Source: Podarcis tiliguerta (taxonomy: Eukaryota). Taken from it: DNA of 64,000 nucleotides. Every line of letters starts with the position of its first letter. Position 1 is the first letter of the stretch. The position numbers and the translations under genes are program-made. The stretch lies in assembly GCA_965153285.1 (NCBI GenBank), contig OZ229117.1; one strand, 5' to 3'. Shown one piece after another: positions 39,501 through 48,365 of the stretch. The notes under the pieces were generated by a model. That model saw only the letters and a program-made list of their open reading frames with translations, did not search any database and had not been told where the DNA came from.

Positions 39501-42500
39501 CATTTGGAGATGGACTGTATAAGGCCACTTCTCTAAAGGGGTTGCCAAGAGGAACCTGACACCTGCACTGGCGTTCAGTCCTAGGCCAACCACACACTTA
39601 CCTTCCTTGACCTGCCTGAAACTGGGGAAGCTTCTTCATCACTCCGGGCATGATCTAAGTAGACGGCAACCCCTTCCTGGATCTAAACTTAACTTCTCTG
39701 ACCATACAAATGTCAACCAGAGGACTAGAGACGTGTGACGACGACATCTCCCAACGCTCAACATTCAATGTGCGAAATGATGCGTCAGGCACTAAGACAC
39801 CTGGCCGCTAATGGCGCATGTGACCGAGAGGCAGTGAGGCCATGCAGAACCAGTAGTGAAAGTTACCTGGATGGGTCTGAATCCTCCCTTCAACAACGAA
39901 GCAAGAAAGCAGCAGGAAATAGAAAGAAAGCCAATGGAACAGCTGACAGGTCAACAACAGGAGGGGTGGGTGGGGTTCCAGCATGCAACCTAAGGCCCTC
40001 CTTCTGCCTAGCCCCTTCAGTAGGCATCGAGGACTCCTCCATGGCCCGAGTCACCATCATGCAACCGTCTAGGGCTTTCTAAAATTAGTATTTGTTTCAC
40101 TGACATTAGCTTTCCTCAAAACACAACAAGGGACTAAAGCTTCAGTGGAAAGAAAATGGCTAGGAAAAGTTGCCCTATCGACAACTACCCTTTCCTGGGG
40201 GTCCCTTCTCCTCTCCAACAGAAACAGCCCAATGATCATCAGAACCCTGCTAAAATCCTCTTGAAAAAAGATGAGAGAAACCAGCCCCAAGTTTAGTGGT
40301 CAAGCAGGAAGGGAAGGGAAGGGAAGGCTCCCTGCCTCACAGCCACAGGTTGTCTGCAGAGGACAGAATGAGCCACCTGTCTGAAGAGATCCACCTCCAG
40401 GGTGGATAGGGAGGAGGAGAGATGCAGAAGACAACCCCTGGGATGCAGCTACAGGCAGGGACGGACAGCTATGCTGGCTATCAAGAGCAGCCTTGCTGGC
40501 TGGCAACTCCAGGTTTAGATGGCCATGAGGCCTCCTCTTTCAATCTTCTGCACAGAAACCAGGACACACAGCAGGCCACTGACAAATTTTGTCCTGCTCT
40601 AAGCAGTGCAAGGGGGTTGAGCTCAGGGTCAAGTCAAACCACAGCCACCAGGGATGTCCCGGCTGGCCTCAGTTCTCTCTCCTTGGAAAGCAGCCTTGCT
40701 TACAGAGAAATCTCAAGGCTGCACAAGACATCAGCTGGAAAGCTCTCCAGGCATGTAAAACTGGCACAGATGGGATCGTAAGGAATCCGGAGATTGTCTG
40801 GGCCACCCCTCAAAAGAACCACTTTCGACCTGCTGAGACAGCCTGTCTGGGCCACCCCTCAAAAGAACCACTTTCGACCTGCTGAGACAGCCTGTGGGGC
40901 GGAGAGAAGGAAAAGTGATGCCTTGGAGCTTTGCATTTTGTTTCCTGTTTAAGAGAGCAGACCAGGTCCAGCAGCCGCTCAGGGACTCAACTAGCCAAAG
41001 CCTCTTTGATGATCAAGCAAACACAACGAAGTACCTGACCAGCTTCAAGAGCTGGAAAGAAATCCCAAAATGCTGCTCTGAAAACAGCACCAGAAAAGGG
41101 TCTGGAAGGGGAACATGCAAGACTCCGGCAGCTGCTACTCCCCTCCCAGATCCCAACTCCTGCAACTTGCAATACTAACAGACTAGTGAAGAAATTCAGG
41201 GTTCCAGACAAGATGATGGAGGCCATGGCTGCAGCAGAGAGTTAGAGATGAATTGGTGTCCTTTTCTCTGTTTTATAATCGTTCTGTCAAACAGTTCAAA
41301 ATACCAGCGCCTGTTCCAAATCCCACTGGAGGAGCACTTTGTGCTAAATCAGGAACACAAAGAGTCAAGGCCAACCCTATGCAGCAGGCCCACTGGCTTG
41401 TCCCTGGCCCTCATGGCTGGTGCTGTTAAGACGCAGGCTTTGTGATGGTGGTCATCAGTGGGATGCCCAGACACACCAAACTTCCCAAGCCCAACAGTTT
41501 CAGCTGCCTGACAGAGCAGCCTCCGAATGAGAGGATGAGCAAAACTGCTTCCATTAGGGAAGAGGTAGGGGGCCTCAGACCCAGGGCCTGAACACAGCTC
41601 TCCAGGCTTCTCGATCTGCTGGCCCTCAGGACTCTAGGCAGCACCAATCACTAGCCCTTGCTTTGGACCCCAAATGTTTTAGCCTTTCTGGAATGTGCCC
41701 TTGACCACTAGTCACACTTCTTGTTTGCCTGAATGGAGGACAGAGTGAGTGTGTGAACAAATAGCTCATTTTCTTCCAGCATCAGAGGAGGGGTGGATCT
41801 GGCTCAAGGCACCTAGCTGCAGTTTGCGGACAACATCTTGGCTGGATGGTGGGAAGGTTACTCCCCTGCTACTGCTTTACTCTCTAACATGGTATCTTGG
41901 GACCCTCAGATAAGGAAGGGGGGTGGGAGAGAGAAAGAGAGGAAAAAAGAAAGTAAGTGGAAATGGGAGCTTGAAGAGCTCAGAAGAAACCCTGCCCTTT
42001 GGAAGGTGACAGAGCCAATCGGGGAGGGCAGGGATTGTTCCACCTGTGTACCACACCAGAAGTGTGTAGAAGGGACCAAGCCTGCTGGAGAAACAAGACT
42101 GGCACAAGAATCCTTGCTCAGCAGTCCTGAAACTAAGAGGCCTGGCAGAATTCACAGCATCTGCCCAGCGGGAACTAAAATAGAAATTTTCTTAAATAGA
42201 AAATGTGATTCCCTAATGAGGCAGGAGTCAAAGGCTGCCAAGGAGAAACCCCTCCCACTCTAAGGCAAACCTCAGTTCCTGGTAAGCAGAGTGTTTTCAC
42301 ACCCTCCCTCCTTTCCTTGACAAGGTTTGCTGCTCCTCCCCACAGGGGAGTTCACAGTTGCTTCCAACAGCTTTGTGTTGCACATCTTTGTGCAAACACT
42401 TTGCGCTAATTGAATGAGCTGCAGAAGCAAGAAGGGCCCCAGGAATAGCGCTCCTCCTGGAGAAAGAGTGCCCACAGCCCCCTCGGTCTTCAAATAGCAG

Positions 42501-45500
42501 TTGGCAAGTTCAATGAGCCTCACCAAGCGTCACAGCAGCTGGGCCGGAGGAGCTGCCAGTTAATGGCGCGAGCACATGAGTCACACTGACCTGAACATCT
42601 TATGACACAATAGCTGCAGGAAATGATGCCTGTGAGAGTGCTCTGCATTAGACTATCAGAGTTCCTGTCATTTTCAATGGCAGCAGGAGAGAGGGAAGGA
42701 ACCTCAAGTTGCACCTGACAACCAAGAAGCTCTCCACAACTCTCCATCAATCCAGTTGCCTCCTCATCACCCATTTGCTTTGAGCCATTTGGTAACATTT
42801 GAATTTAAGCTGAACTCTGGTTCCAAGCTAACCCTTGATTATATTGAGTTGGGTGAATGGGACACCATAAAGGTTTACGGCAAGTTACAACACTTTTCAA
42901 AGCTGTCTCTAAAGCTAAGCTAACCTAACTGTAACCATGTCCATCAATGAAGATGGTAAAAGGATATTTGAAAATCTACAGCACCAGCCAGGAAGCCCAG
43001 TACTCCCCTGCCCCCCACTGATATGGACCCTTTTAACAGCCACAGAAAATATGGGATCTGGCATCTCCAGCATGTAGAACTGAAGAAACCACAACATTTT
43101 AACCAGAAACAAAACAGCACCTCTAAAAGCCACACCCCTCCACACAGCAAGTAGCAGCCACAAGAGTAACTCAGGCTGTCTGTTTGGGGGGGGGGGGGGG
43201 AGAGAGAAGATGAGCACATCATAATTAACTTATTCCCTGATGATTTAAGGCTACATGGGGAGGAACCCCCCTCCTATGATGTGACTTGTGTGATGGGCTA
43301 CACAGACCTACACTTTCACCACTCCAGTATGCTTCGGCTCAGATGAAACAACAGTGCAACCACCTTCTCATGAGTTGTTTCTGACCAAGGATGGGTTGTA
43401 GAAATGTGGCGGACTCCAAGGTCCATCCACAGCAGTCAACCTCAGATGATGAACACCTCCCCTAGATGCTGCCTTGAAGGGGGCATGGAAGGTGGGCTGG
43501 GCCAGCCCCACAAGACCAGAGAAAAACCCCTGAACCCAGAATCCGATTTCACTATTCAAGATTTTTCGCGTGTTTCCAACTTAGCATGGCTCTATTTGGT
43601 AAAGAAAATCAAGCAGTCTCCTGACTGTGGTCGACGTTCATAGCGTTTTTATGTCAGGTGGAATGTTGCCATCCTCAGAACGGAAAGTACTTGGGGGTAT
43701 TGTAATGTGGCAATTGCTCCGGGCAAGTCTTTTGGATTCTGACCCCATTTCCCCTGGTGCCCAAGAGAACTAGATAACCAAACTAAGCACACACACACAC
43801 CTGACCAAGCAAACATCAAAGATCCCAGACCAACAGCCATCAGAAAGCTTTGTGGCAGCAGCAAAAGCCAGGGATCACAGTTAGTGGGGTTGTTAATTGA
43901 TGCAACAGAATTAGTAACCGTTAGAAGCTGAAGCTTGACTGTGCCATGGGGTTAGGGGGCTCTTTAGAAAGGGGGGGTTCTAAGAAAGCAAGGTGCAGGA
44001 CATGGCCTGCGGAATTAGTGGAGGGCCAGCCAAGTAACACCCCCCCCCGCACATTTTCCTCCCAACCAGTTGGCAGCAAAGGGGAGGCGTAGTGAAGAGG
44101 GGCAAGGAGGGTACTGTACCTGATGATGATGGGCAGGTCGAGGCCCCGCTGCAAACTGAGGAGAAGCAGGAGAAACAAAAACACAAAAAGGAAAGGCACA
44201 GAGAGTCAGAAACACCACAACAAAAGGCAAAAACTGTCACACTGTATGCAAAAGAAACCCACAAGGGGAAATCAAACAAAAAAAACCCAACACACATACA
44301 CACACACACTCTCACGGTCAAAGCTGTGCTGCAGGACAGTGACAGACAGGTACCAAAAACCCAGAAGGTAAAACTCTGCTGCCAGGTGAATGCACTGCTC
44401 AAAATGTGGGTGGTGGAGGTGCCTGCCAAAGTTGTTAGATAGCCCAAAGACACCCTAACACTAACATAGTTGAAGGAGGGCAGGGGGAGAAGGGTTTGCT
44501 GAAAAACCAAACACTAAGTTATTTTTTTAAAAAAGCAAGGCAGGCCAGCCCTTGCTGATGCGCATCAAAGCTGAGTGCAGGATGGAGAGCCCTGTCTGTG
44601 GCACAGCCACAACTTGAAAGACAAGTCAGCCTCACCTAGGGATGCTGATATCTTGGCATAGATGAAGCTTTCTAAGTGCAGCTGTAGAAACCTCTAAAAA
44701 CTTCACTGGGCTCTCCTTCCTTTTTTAACGGAAAGCAAGCAAAATCCTGCGGCATATTCAGTGCAGCTGAGTGTGTGGGGACGGGTAGATCTGCAATGCT
44801 GTAGAATCAACTCAATATTTCTCCCCTATCCTCTCCCACATGAGAAAAGCCACACTCACTATCCCCCCCCCCCGAACATTAACAGAAAATCTGCTATGAA
44901 CAATAAAGCAAAAGAGGAGACTGCAAATGAGTTCACAACAACAACCAACAAGCAGAGAGAGTGTCATCAGAAATCAAGGAAACTACCAGAGCCTTCAGAT
45001 CAACTGCCACTACTACCTTGCGGAAACATCTGGAGAGTTCAAGCTCTTTCTCAGCAGAAATCAGCTTTCCTAAGTGCCAAAGTTTACTGTGATACACTTA
45101 AATAACCTACTTTCCACACCAAATATAATATTCAGAAACAGAAACGGCAGACAGTCTCTCACTAGCATACAAACCTACAGAACAGGCTGCAGCGTCTATT
45201 TCAGGCAGAAAGAGATCACTTGTTTTCCATCAAAACGCCTAACAGATAAATGTCATTTTTTTCTCAAAACCTCAATGTGCTTCTTGAAACTTCCTAAACA
45301 CTTTAACACAGCTGAAGAGACAGTTTCTGGCCCGCTTGCTCAACTCTGCCATTCTACTGATCCTCTAGCTGTTGAGAAACACACAAATTGAGAGCAAGAA
45401 TTGGCTGCTAGTTCTTATATTAAATTTGGCACAGAAATATGGTTCAAAATTTGCTCTGTCTCTAGTGCGAAAAGTGGGGGCACAAGCAAAGTAGGATGGT

Positions 45501-48299
45501 AAATATCTGATCAGAGAAGCATAAAGCATTAAGCATGTCTACTTCTGGTTAAATAGGTTGAGGGATAGAAAGTCTATATTCCCAGAAAATCAGCAAATGC
45601 ACATCAGTAACAGACCAAAAAAACTGGTGTTCATCTGTCCAAAAGCAAAAGTACCTGTCTTATCACTGTTCCACAGGAAGTATCACTTCTAAACAGCTCA
45701 GAAATCAGAGCCAGATAGCTGCAACTTAATAAAATTATGTGAAAACCAACGGCCCAGTAAACATGTTATATGAAAAATAAATAAAACTTCAACGTTAGTG
45801 GGAGGAAAAAAGAAAGACCCTAGTCTATTTTGCACTTGTCACCATTGGCTATTGGCTGCATAATTCCTGCGGACAGAATTCTTTCTCTCTGCCTCTCTCT
45901 CTCTGCCCCTCTTTCTATTAAGTAACTGTAAGCAACAGAACAAACTGTAGTCACTGCTGGCTCAGATTAAAAATAGGTTTCCTTTTCCCCTTTGCCTGGA
46001 GTTACAATTTTTGCCTGCCAGATGCTGGTCTTGCTTCCAATTCCTTCTGTGCATATTTGGCAGGGGGCCCCCTCTCCCGCCATGGGTTAAAGCTGCGTTG
46101 TGGGCACACTGGCTGTGGCCATTTGAAAACGAAACCTCCCACTATAGCTCTTCTCTTCCCCACTTCAGCATTTTCGCTACGAAGGCCAAATTGCTTTAAA
46201 AAGAAACAAAAACCTGTTGCAATTTAGAAATTCACTGAAAAGTTTTTAAAGTCTTCCCAACTGGAATTAGCATGCAGAGTGTGAGGCACTGGCCCTGCTG
46301 TAACAGAAAACCTGCCTGGGAATGACACCAAGCTACCTGAATGGCAAAGGTAGCCGTGTCGAGGCAGAGGCTGTGCAATTGCCAATGGCCCTTGAATGCA
46401 GAAATAGATCGGAGTAAGCTGAAGGGCAGCTATGGGAAGAAGAACTAGGGTCCCTTCATTTGCCAGCACAAAACCAACTCCAGGGCCCACCAGCTCCCTC
46501 AGCTGGGGCTCTGGTGCCATAGTGGGTGGGGGGCTGTCTCTCTTTCTCTCTCTCTCGCTCTCCCTCGCTCACCCTCCCCCAAGCCTCCCTTCAGGGCCAC
46601 AAAGGGGGGACGGGGAGAATAAACCAATGGAAACCAAGCCCAGAACGAAATGCAAGAGCTGCTCAGCCTAGCCCATTTTGCATTTGTTTTGGACTTGCGA
46701 GGGGAGGAGGAGAGGTGAGTGGGGGAAATGAAATGTTATGTGAGCAATTTTTAGTCATGGGGTGGTAATGATCACAAAACGTGACGATGGCAGAAGACTG
46801 CACGCAGGGTAATATTTTAGAGGAGGGATTGTTCATGACCACAGAAAAATGGCTGACGTTATAGGTAGCTTCTTCCGTCTTAAGGTTTCTGCCAAAATTG
46901 GGGAAAGTTCCTGTTTTGAGGAGTTCTTGCCAATTTCCCTCGAGTGACTAATCCAATCAAATGCAAATCCCCCACAAGGGCTAGAAAAGTAAATCTCAGG
47001 TACCTGATCACTCAGACCACCTGAAAAATTTGTAACAGGGTTATTGGGTTGTGGCTGTTGTGGGTTTTTTTAAGGAGGGGGCACCCTGCCTCAATTTATT
47101 CCTGCCACCACCTTTGACAGCCTTGGCCCCTTCCAAACTGCCGCTGAATGCGGCAGCCCGCAAGACACAGCGGCTTAAAGCAGAGATCGGATCAGTGCTT
47201 TTCTGTAGATCAGTCAACAATGTGGTCAAAAAATGAAACCAAAAAAAGCAACAGAACTGAAAGGGGTGCCGCGGGGGCACGACTGCCTGCAAGAAGGGAG
47301 TACAGTTTGTTATATTGCTTACAATGCAGTATTTTATCCAGCCTCTTCCCGCCAAGGACCTGTAAACCGGACTCTGTTCCAAAACCTTCCTCCGCTTCCA
47401 GTTGTCTGGGCAATGTACTGGCACTGCTCTGCTGGGCTGTCAAGAAAACTGGTTTAGAGACACGGCTCTCGAGTCAGACTCTCCCCTCTCGTTTCAGCCA
47501 TGAATGTTTCAGCTCTTGCTTTTTGCGCATCGTAACAGGGAGGAACATGCCCTACTACAGTAAGGGTGGCTGGGGATGGAAAGGTGTCCCTTCTGCTGCT
47601 CAATACCAGTTTGTCATAGAGCAGGATTGTGGCCAACTACTGGGGCTGAGTGAGGAGGGAATGAGCTGGAGGGTCCTTTTCTAGACAAAAAACAAGAGTG
47701 TGCAGCTGGAACCAGCAGGGCTGTGAGCACAGGAGCCCAGAATTGCATTGGCCGCAGGAAACAAGTTTCTCCTTCCCCACTCGCTACAAGCCCTTTAAAG
47801 AAGGGGGCAGTAAAAGGTAAAGACACAAAGGGAGGGGGTGTCCATGCATCTATCACACAACAGCCACCACCAGAAGACACACCCTTGAAAGGCACAGGTT
47901 GTATCACTCAAACTTATGATGCAAGGTGGTATGGATCAACACAAGAGATTGAAGCCGGGCTCAGGGCCCCCTCCGGAAGCAGGGCACCAGTACCGTAGGC
48001 AATGACAGAAGTGCCCAGGAGTAGGCATTTACAGGCTTCTGGAGAGCAGGCAGGCAACTCAAAAAAGGACCTGACTCTTCATCTCTGAGAGCCGCAGAGG
48101 GCTTCAACACTACGTCACTTGTGCCACCTGGAAGCAGAGGGGAAGTCCTTCGGGTGCCTTTTTCTCAGGGAAGCTACTCGCAAAAAGGTTAGGAAGTGCA
48201 ACGCAATGGCTTTGCTGGACGGCTGGACAGATGCAGCACAACACGCAGGCAAAATAAGGGCTCCCTTACCGGCGAGCGCGTCTGAGGCTGGGTGCTCAT
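5963..48299 (-). CDS. EIF4G3: Eukaryotic translation initiation factor 4 gamma 3 (eIF4GII), spliced CDS span from the first in-frame ATG (48299) to the N gap containing the stop; about 1,690 aa with all cassette exons
   Basis: 34 exons with GT-AG boundaries and consistent phases. They encode [10 protein letters not shown], the PABP-binding segment, YDREFLL, MIF4G, MA3 and W2. The C-terminus [33 protein letters not shown] is the EIF4G3 type rather than EIF4G1, judged from recalled mammalian sequences. Confidence 0.97.
6313..6670. mobile_element. Tc1/mariner (pogo/Tigger-like) MITE
   Basis: TIR CAGTGGTGCCTCGCAAGACG / CGTCTTGCGGGGCACCACTG, TA target duplication, many internal CGTCTTGCG repeats. 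Confidence 0.9.
6916..7185 (-). mobile_element. 5'-truncated retroposon (probably an L1 3' end) with 14-bp TSD TCCTCCATTTCTCT
   Basis: direct repeats 6902-6915 and 7186-7199; A-rich tail on minus strand. Confidence 0.6.
7490..7636 (-). CDS. EIF4G3: EIF4G3 W2 exon [25 protein letters not shown]...KLDQPP (147 nt)
   Basis: ccag|TG...CCGA|gtaagt. Confidence 0.96.
7823..8552. mobile_element. Longer non-autonomous member of the same pogo-like family, opposite orientation, with an internal direct repeat of about 60-80 bp
   Basis: ends CTGTATTTTTTGCACCATAACAC and GTGTTATAGAACGAAAAATACGG flanked by TA; subterminal similarity to 27535-27794. Confidence 0.8.
9463..9544 (-). CDS. EIF4G3: EIF4G3 W2 exon [27 protein letters not shown] (82 nt)
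   Basis: ttcag|GCT...ATAG|gtgagt. Confidence 0.96.
10149..10295 (-). CDS. EIF4G3: EIF4G3 exon KLDFTETD...EQIFDWVE (147 nt)
   Basis: tgcag|AAG...GAG|gtacaa. Confidence 0.96.
10554..10652 (-). CDS. EIF4G3: EIF4G3 exon [33 protein letters not shown] (99 nt)
   Basis: ttctag|AGC...CAG|gtgagt. Confidence 0.96.
11167..11248 (-). CDS. EIF4G3: EIF4G3 exon [27 protein letters not shown] (82 nt)
   Basis: tgcag|A...ATG|gtaagt. Confidence 0.96.
11485..11888. mobile_element. Old hAT-type MITE
   Basis: CAGGGGTGGCAA start; imperfect 8-bp TSD CCTTAAGG/CCCCAAGG. Confidence 0.5.
12048..12173 (-). CDS. EIF4G3: EIF4G3 MA3 exon [42 protein letters not shown] (126 nt)
   Basis: cttag|G...AC|gtaagc. Confidence 0.96.
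12331..12503 (-). CDS. EIF4G3: EIF4G3 MA3 exon EAMQCVEEL...KQDFFKG (173 nt)
   Basis: acag|GAA...GG|gttggt. Confidence 0.96.
12736..12851 (-). CDS. EIF4G3: EIF4G3 exon [39 protein letters not shown], start of MA3 (116 nt)
   Basis: aacag|CC...AAG|gtaagg. Confidence 0.96.
13177..13528 (-). mobile_element. Sauria SINE (Squam1-type), near full length, 12-bp TSD GGACATAAATTA
   Basis: (ACCTTT)n tail, B box GGTTCGAATCC; TSD at 13165-13176 and 13529-13540. Confidence 0.92.
13642..13865 (-). CDS. EIF4G3: EIF4G3 exon [11 protein letters not shown]...SKAKET (224 nt)
   Basis: cacag|T...ACTG|gtgagc. Confidence 0.95.
14104..14135. repeat. (TAC)n microsatellite
   Basis: direct observation. Confidence 0.95.
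14179..14296 (-). CDS. EIF4G3: EIF4G3 exon [19 protein letters not shown]...SRRALTS (118 nt)
   Basis: tgcag|AT...AG|gtaagt; NRFSAL motif. Confidence 0.95.
14540..14845 (+). mobile_element. CR1 LINE 3' fragment
   Basis: translates [33 protein letters not shown], typical CR1 ORF2 C-terminus. Confidence 0.85.
15054..15139 (-). other. Intronic hairpin, pre-miRNA-like
   Basis: 19-bp perfect inverted repeat (15062-15080 / 15113-15131), extendable to about 34 bp with G-U pairs on the transcribed strand. Confidence 0.5.
15487..15580 (-). CDS. EIF4G3: EIF4G3 exon [31 protein letters not shown] (94 nt)
   Basis: ttcag|CCC...ATTG|gtgagt. Confidence 0.96.
15999..16093 (-). CDS. EIF4G3: EIF4G3 exon [32 protein letters not shown] (95 nt)
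   Basis: tgcag|GT...AAG|gtttgt. Confidence 0.96.
16544..16676 (-). CDS. EIF4G3: EIF4G3 exon [22 protein letters not shown]...KEKRRP (133 nt)
   Basis: acag|TGT...CCTG|gtaagt. Confidence 0.96.
17031..17135 (-). CDS. EIF4G3: EIF4G3 MIF4G exon [35 protein letters not shown] (105 nt)
   Basis: tctag|CCT...CAG|gtacgt. Confidence 0.97.
17619..17855 (-). CDS. EIF4G3: EIF4G3 MIF4G exon [13 protein letters not shown]...DFEKAK (237 nt)
   Basis: ctcag|CCA...AAG|gttaga. Confidence 0.97.
18010..18156 (-). CDS. EIF4G3: EIF4G3 MIF4G exon [10 protein letters not shown]...ELEAATT (147 nt)
   Basis: acag|CTG...ACG|gtgagt. Confidence 0.97.
18752..18949 (-). CDS. EIF4G3: EIF4G3 MIF4G exon [16 protein letters not shown]...MCRCLVT (198 nt)
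   Basis: ttcag|GAG...ACG|gtaagt. Confidence 0.97.
19789..19959 (-). CDS. EIF4G3: EIF4G3 exon [21 protein letters not shown]...ESIKTQ (171 nt)
   Basis: cttag|CTG...CAG|gtgagg. Confidence 0.95.
21682..21800 (-). other. EIF4G3: Candidate poison (PTC/NMD) exon, 119 nt, that is an inverted diverged copy of the 111-nt cassette exon
   Basis: tactcttctctag|GCT...CAG|gtaagt (consensus donor); reads [26 protein letters not shown] with TAG at 21722-21720; complementary to 21965-22079. Confidence 0.6.
21965..22075 (-). CDS. EIF4G3: EIF4G3 in-frame cassette exon (111 nt) [37 protein letters not shown]
   Basis: ttctttttacag|GCC...GGG|gtaagc; phase 0-0, no stop; resembles a recalled 37-aa alternative exon of mammalian eIF4G3 (CKVQ...CPPLVMSHPPMKSL). 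Confidence 0.85.
22818..22937 (-). CDS. EIF4G3: EIF4G3 exon [40 protein letters not shown] (120 nt)
   Basis: tacag|ATC...CCT|gtaagt. Confidence 0.96.
23467..23600 (-). CDS. EIF4G3: EIF4G3 exon with eIF4E-binding motif YDREFLL (23562-23542) (134 nt)
   Basis: tacag|AG...AAG|gtatgg; canonical YxxxxL-phi motif. Confidence 0.97.
24780..24839. repeat. (CT)n microsatellite
   Basis: direct observation. Confidence 0.95.
25165..25417 (-). CDS. EIF4G3: EIF4G3 exon [18 protein letters not shown]...CQYKP (253 nt)
   Basis: ttcag|CCT...CCAG|gtaagt. Confidence 0.93.
26237..26325 (-). CDS. EIF4G3: EIF4G3 exon [30 protein letters not shown] (89 nt)
   Basis: ttgtag|CC...GAG|gtaagg; phase bridges the neighbouring exons. 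Confidence 0.9.
27535..27794. mobile_element. Tc1/mariner (pogo-like) MITE with internal palindrome (27621-27699)
   Basis: TIR CCGTATTTTTCGCTCTATAAGAC / GTCTTATAGAGCAAAAAATACGG, TA TSD. Confidence 0.9.
29585..29942 (-). mobile_element. Sauria SINE (Squam1-type), full length, TSD AAAGATGTAGGATAAAAA
   Basis: highly similar to the copy at 13177; direct repeats at 29569-29586 and 29945-29962. Confidence 0.93.
30574..31428 (-). CDS. EIF4G3: EIF4G3 large Pro/Glu-rich exon (855 nt) [14 protein letters not shown]...SKKGPGA
   Basis: ccccag|AA...GCAG|gtgagt; phase 1-1, open frame (ORF 30449..31345). Confidence 0.94.
34530..34638 (-). CDS. EIF4G3: EIF4G3 exon (Q)[35 protein letters not shown]; NAGNAG acceptor (34638 or 34635)
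   Basis: cccag|cag|CTG...CAAG|gtgggt. Confidence 0.92.
35310..35432 (-). CDS. EIF4G3: EIF4G3 exon [20 protein letters not shown]...PTPPQ, PABP-binding region (123 nt)
   Basis: ttccag|ATC...CAG|gtaact; conserved eIF4G PABP-binding motif. Confidence 0.96.
35969..36072 (-). CDS. EIF4G3: EIF4G3 exon [35 protein letters not shown] (104 nt)
   Basis: ccgcag|GG...ACG|gtaaga. Confidence 0.94.
36558..36600. repeat. (CA)n microsatellite
   Basis: direct observation. Confidence 0.95.
37549..37663 (-). CDS. EIF4G3: EIF4G3 exon [38 protein letters not shown] (115 nt)
   Basis: ttcag|TAT...TATG|gtaaga. Confidence 0.95.
38245..38432 (+). mobile_element. tRNA-Cys-like SINE (Squam2-like); related degraded copies at about 18540-18710 (-) and 24875-25020 (-)
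   Basis: tRNA-like head ...GTGGCAGAGC...GCATGCAGAAGG...CAGGTTTGATCCC; shared body GCCAGTCAGTGTAGACAATACTGAGCT. Confidence 0.7.
39056..39235 (-). CDS. EIF4G3: EIF4G3 exon [13 protein letters not shown]...PQYCIPQ (180 nt)
   Basis: ctccag|TTT...CAG|gtaagg. Confidence 0.95.
39867..39887 (-). CDS. EIF4G3: EIF4G3 neural microexon (21 nt) GGFRPIQ
   Basis: ttgaag|GGAGGATTCAGACCCATCCAG|gtaact; UGC motifs upstream; known eIF4G3 microexon peptide. Confidence 0.92.
40795..40892. repeat. Perfect 49-bp tandem duplication
   Basis: 40795-40843 identical to 40844-40892. Confidence 0.95.
44120..44155 (-). CDS. EIF4G3: EIF4G3 small exon (36 nt) [12 protein letters not shown]
   Basis: long polypyrimidine tract, ctcag|TTT...CAG|gtacag; like mammalian FAAGPRPPHHQ. 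Confidence 0.88.
47323..47436 (-). CDS. EIF4G3: EIF4G3 cassette exon (114 nt) [38 protein letters not shown]
   Basis: ttgacag|CCC...ATT|gtaagc; in frame; resembles an alternative exon of long mammalian isoforms. Confidence 0.85.
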
Positions 48300-48365
48300 C
48301 GTCTGAGGGGCCTGCGGGTACACCAGCGTAGTGGGTGCGGCGTTCTGTCCAGAGGGGTAAGGGGC
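48270..48365 (-). CDS. EIF4G3: EIF4G3 exon with first in-frame ATG (48299-48297): [32 protein letters not shown]
   Basis: ggcag|GCC...CCG|gtaagg, 96 nt; matches mammalian MNSQPQTRSP start. Confidence 0.93.

Noticed and set aside
5963-48299. Assignment to EIF4G1 or EIF4G2
   Set aside because: The N-terminal exons, the GGFRPIQ microexon and the C-terminal residues fit EIF4G3; EIF4G2 lacks the eIF4E-binding motif.
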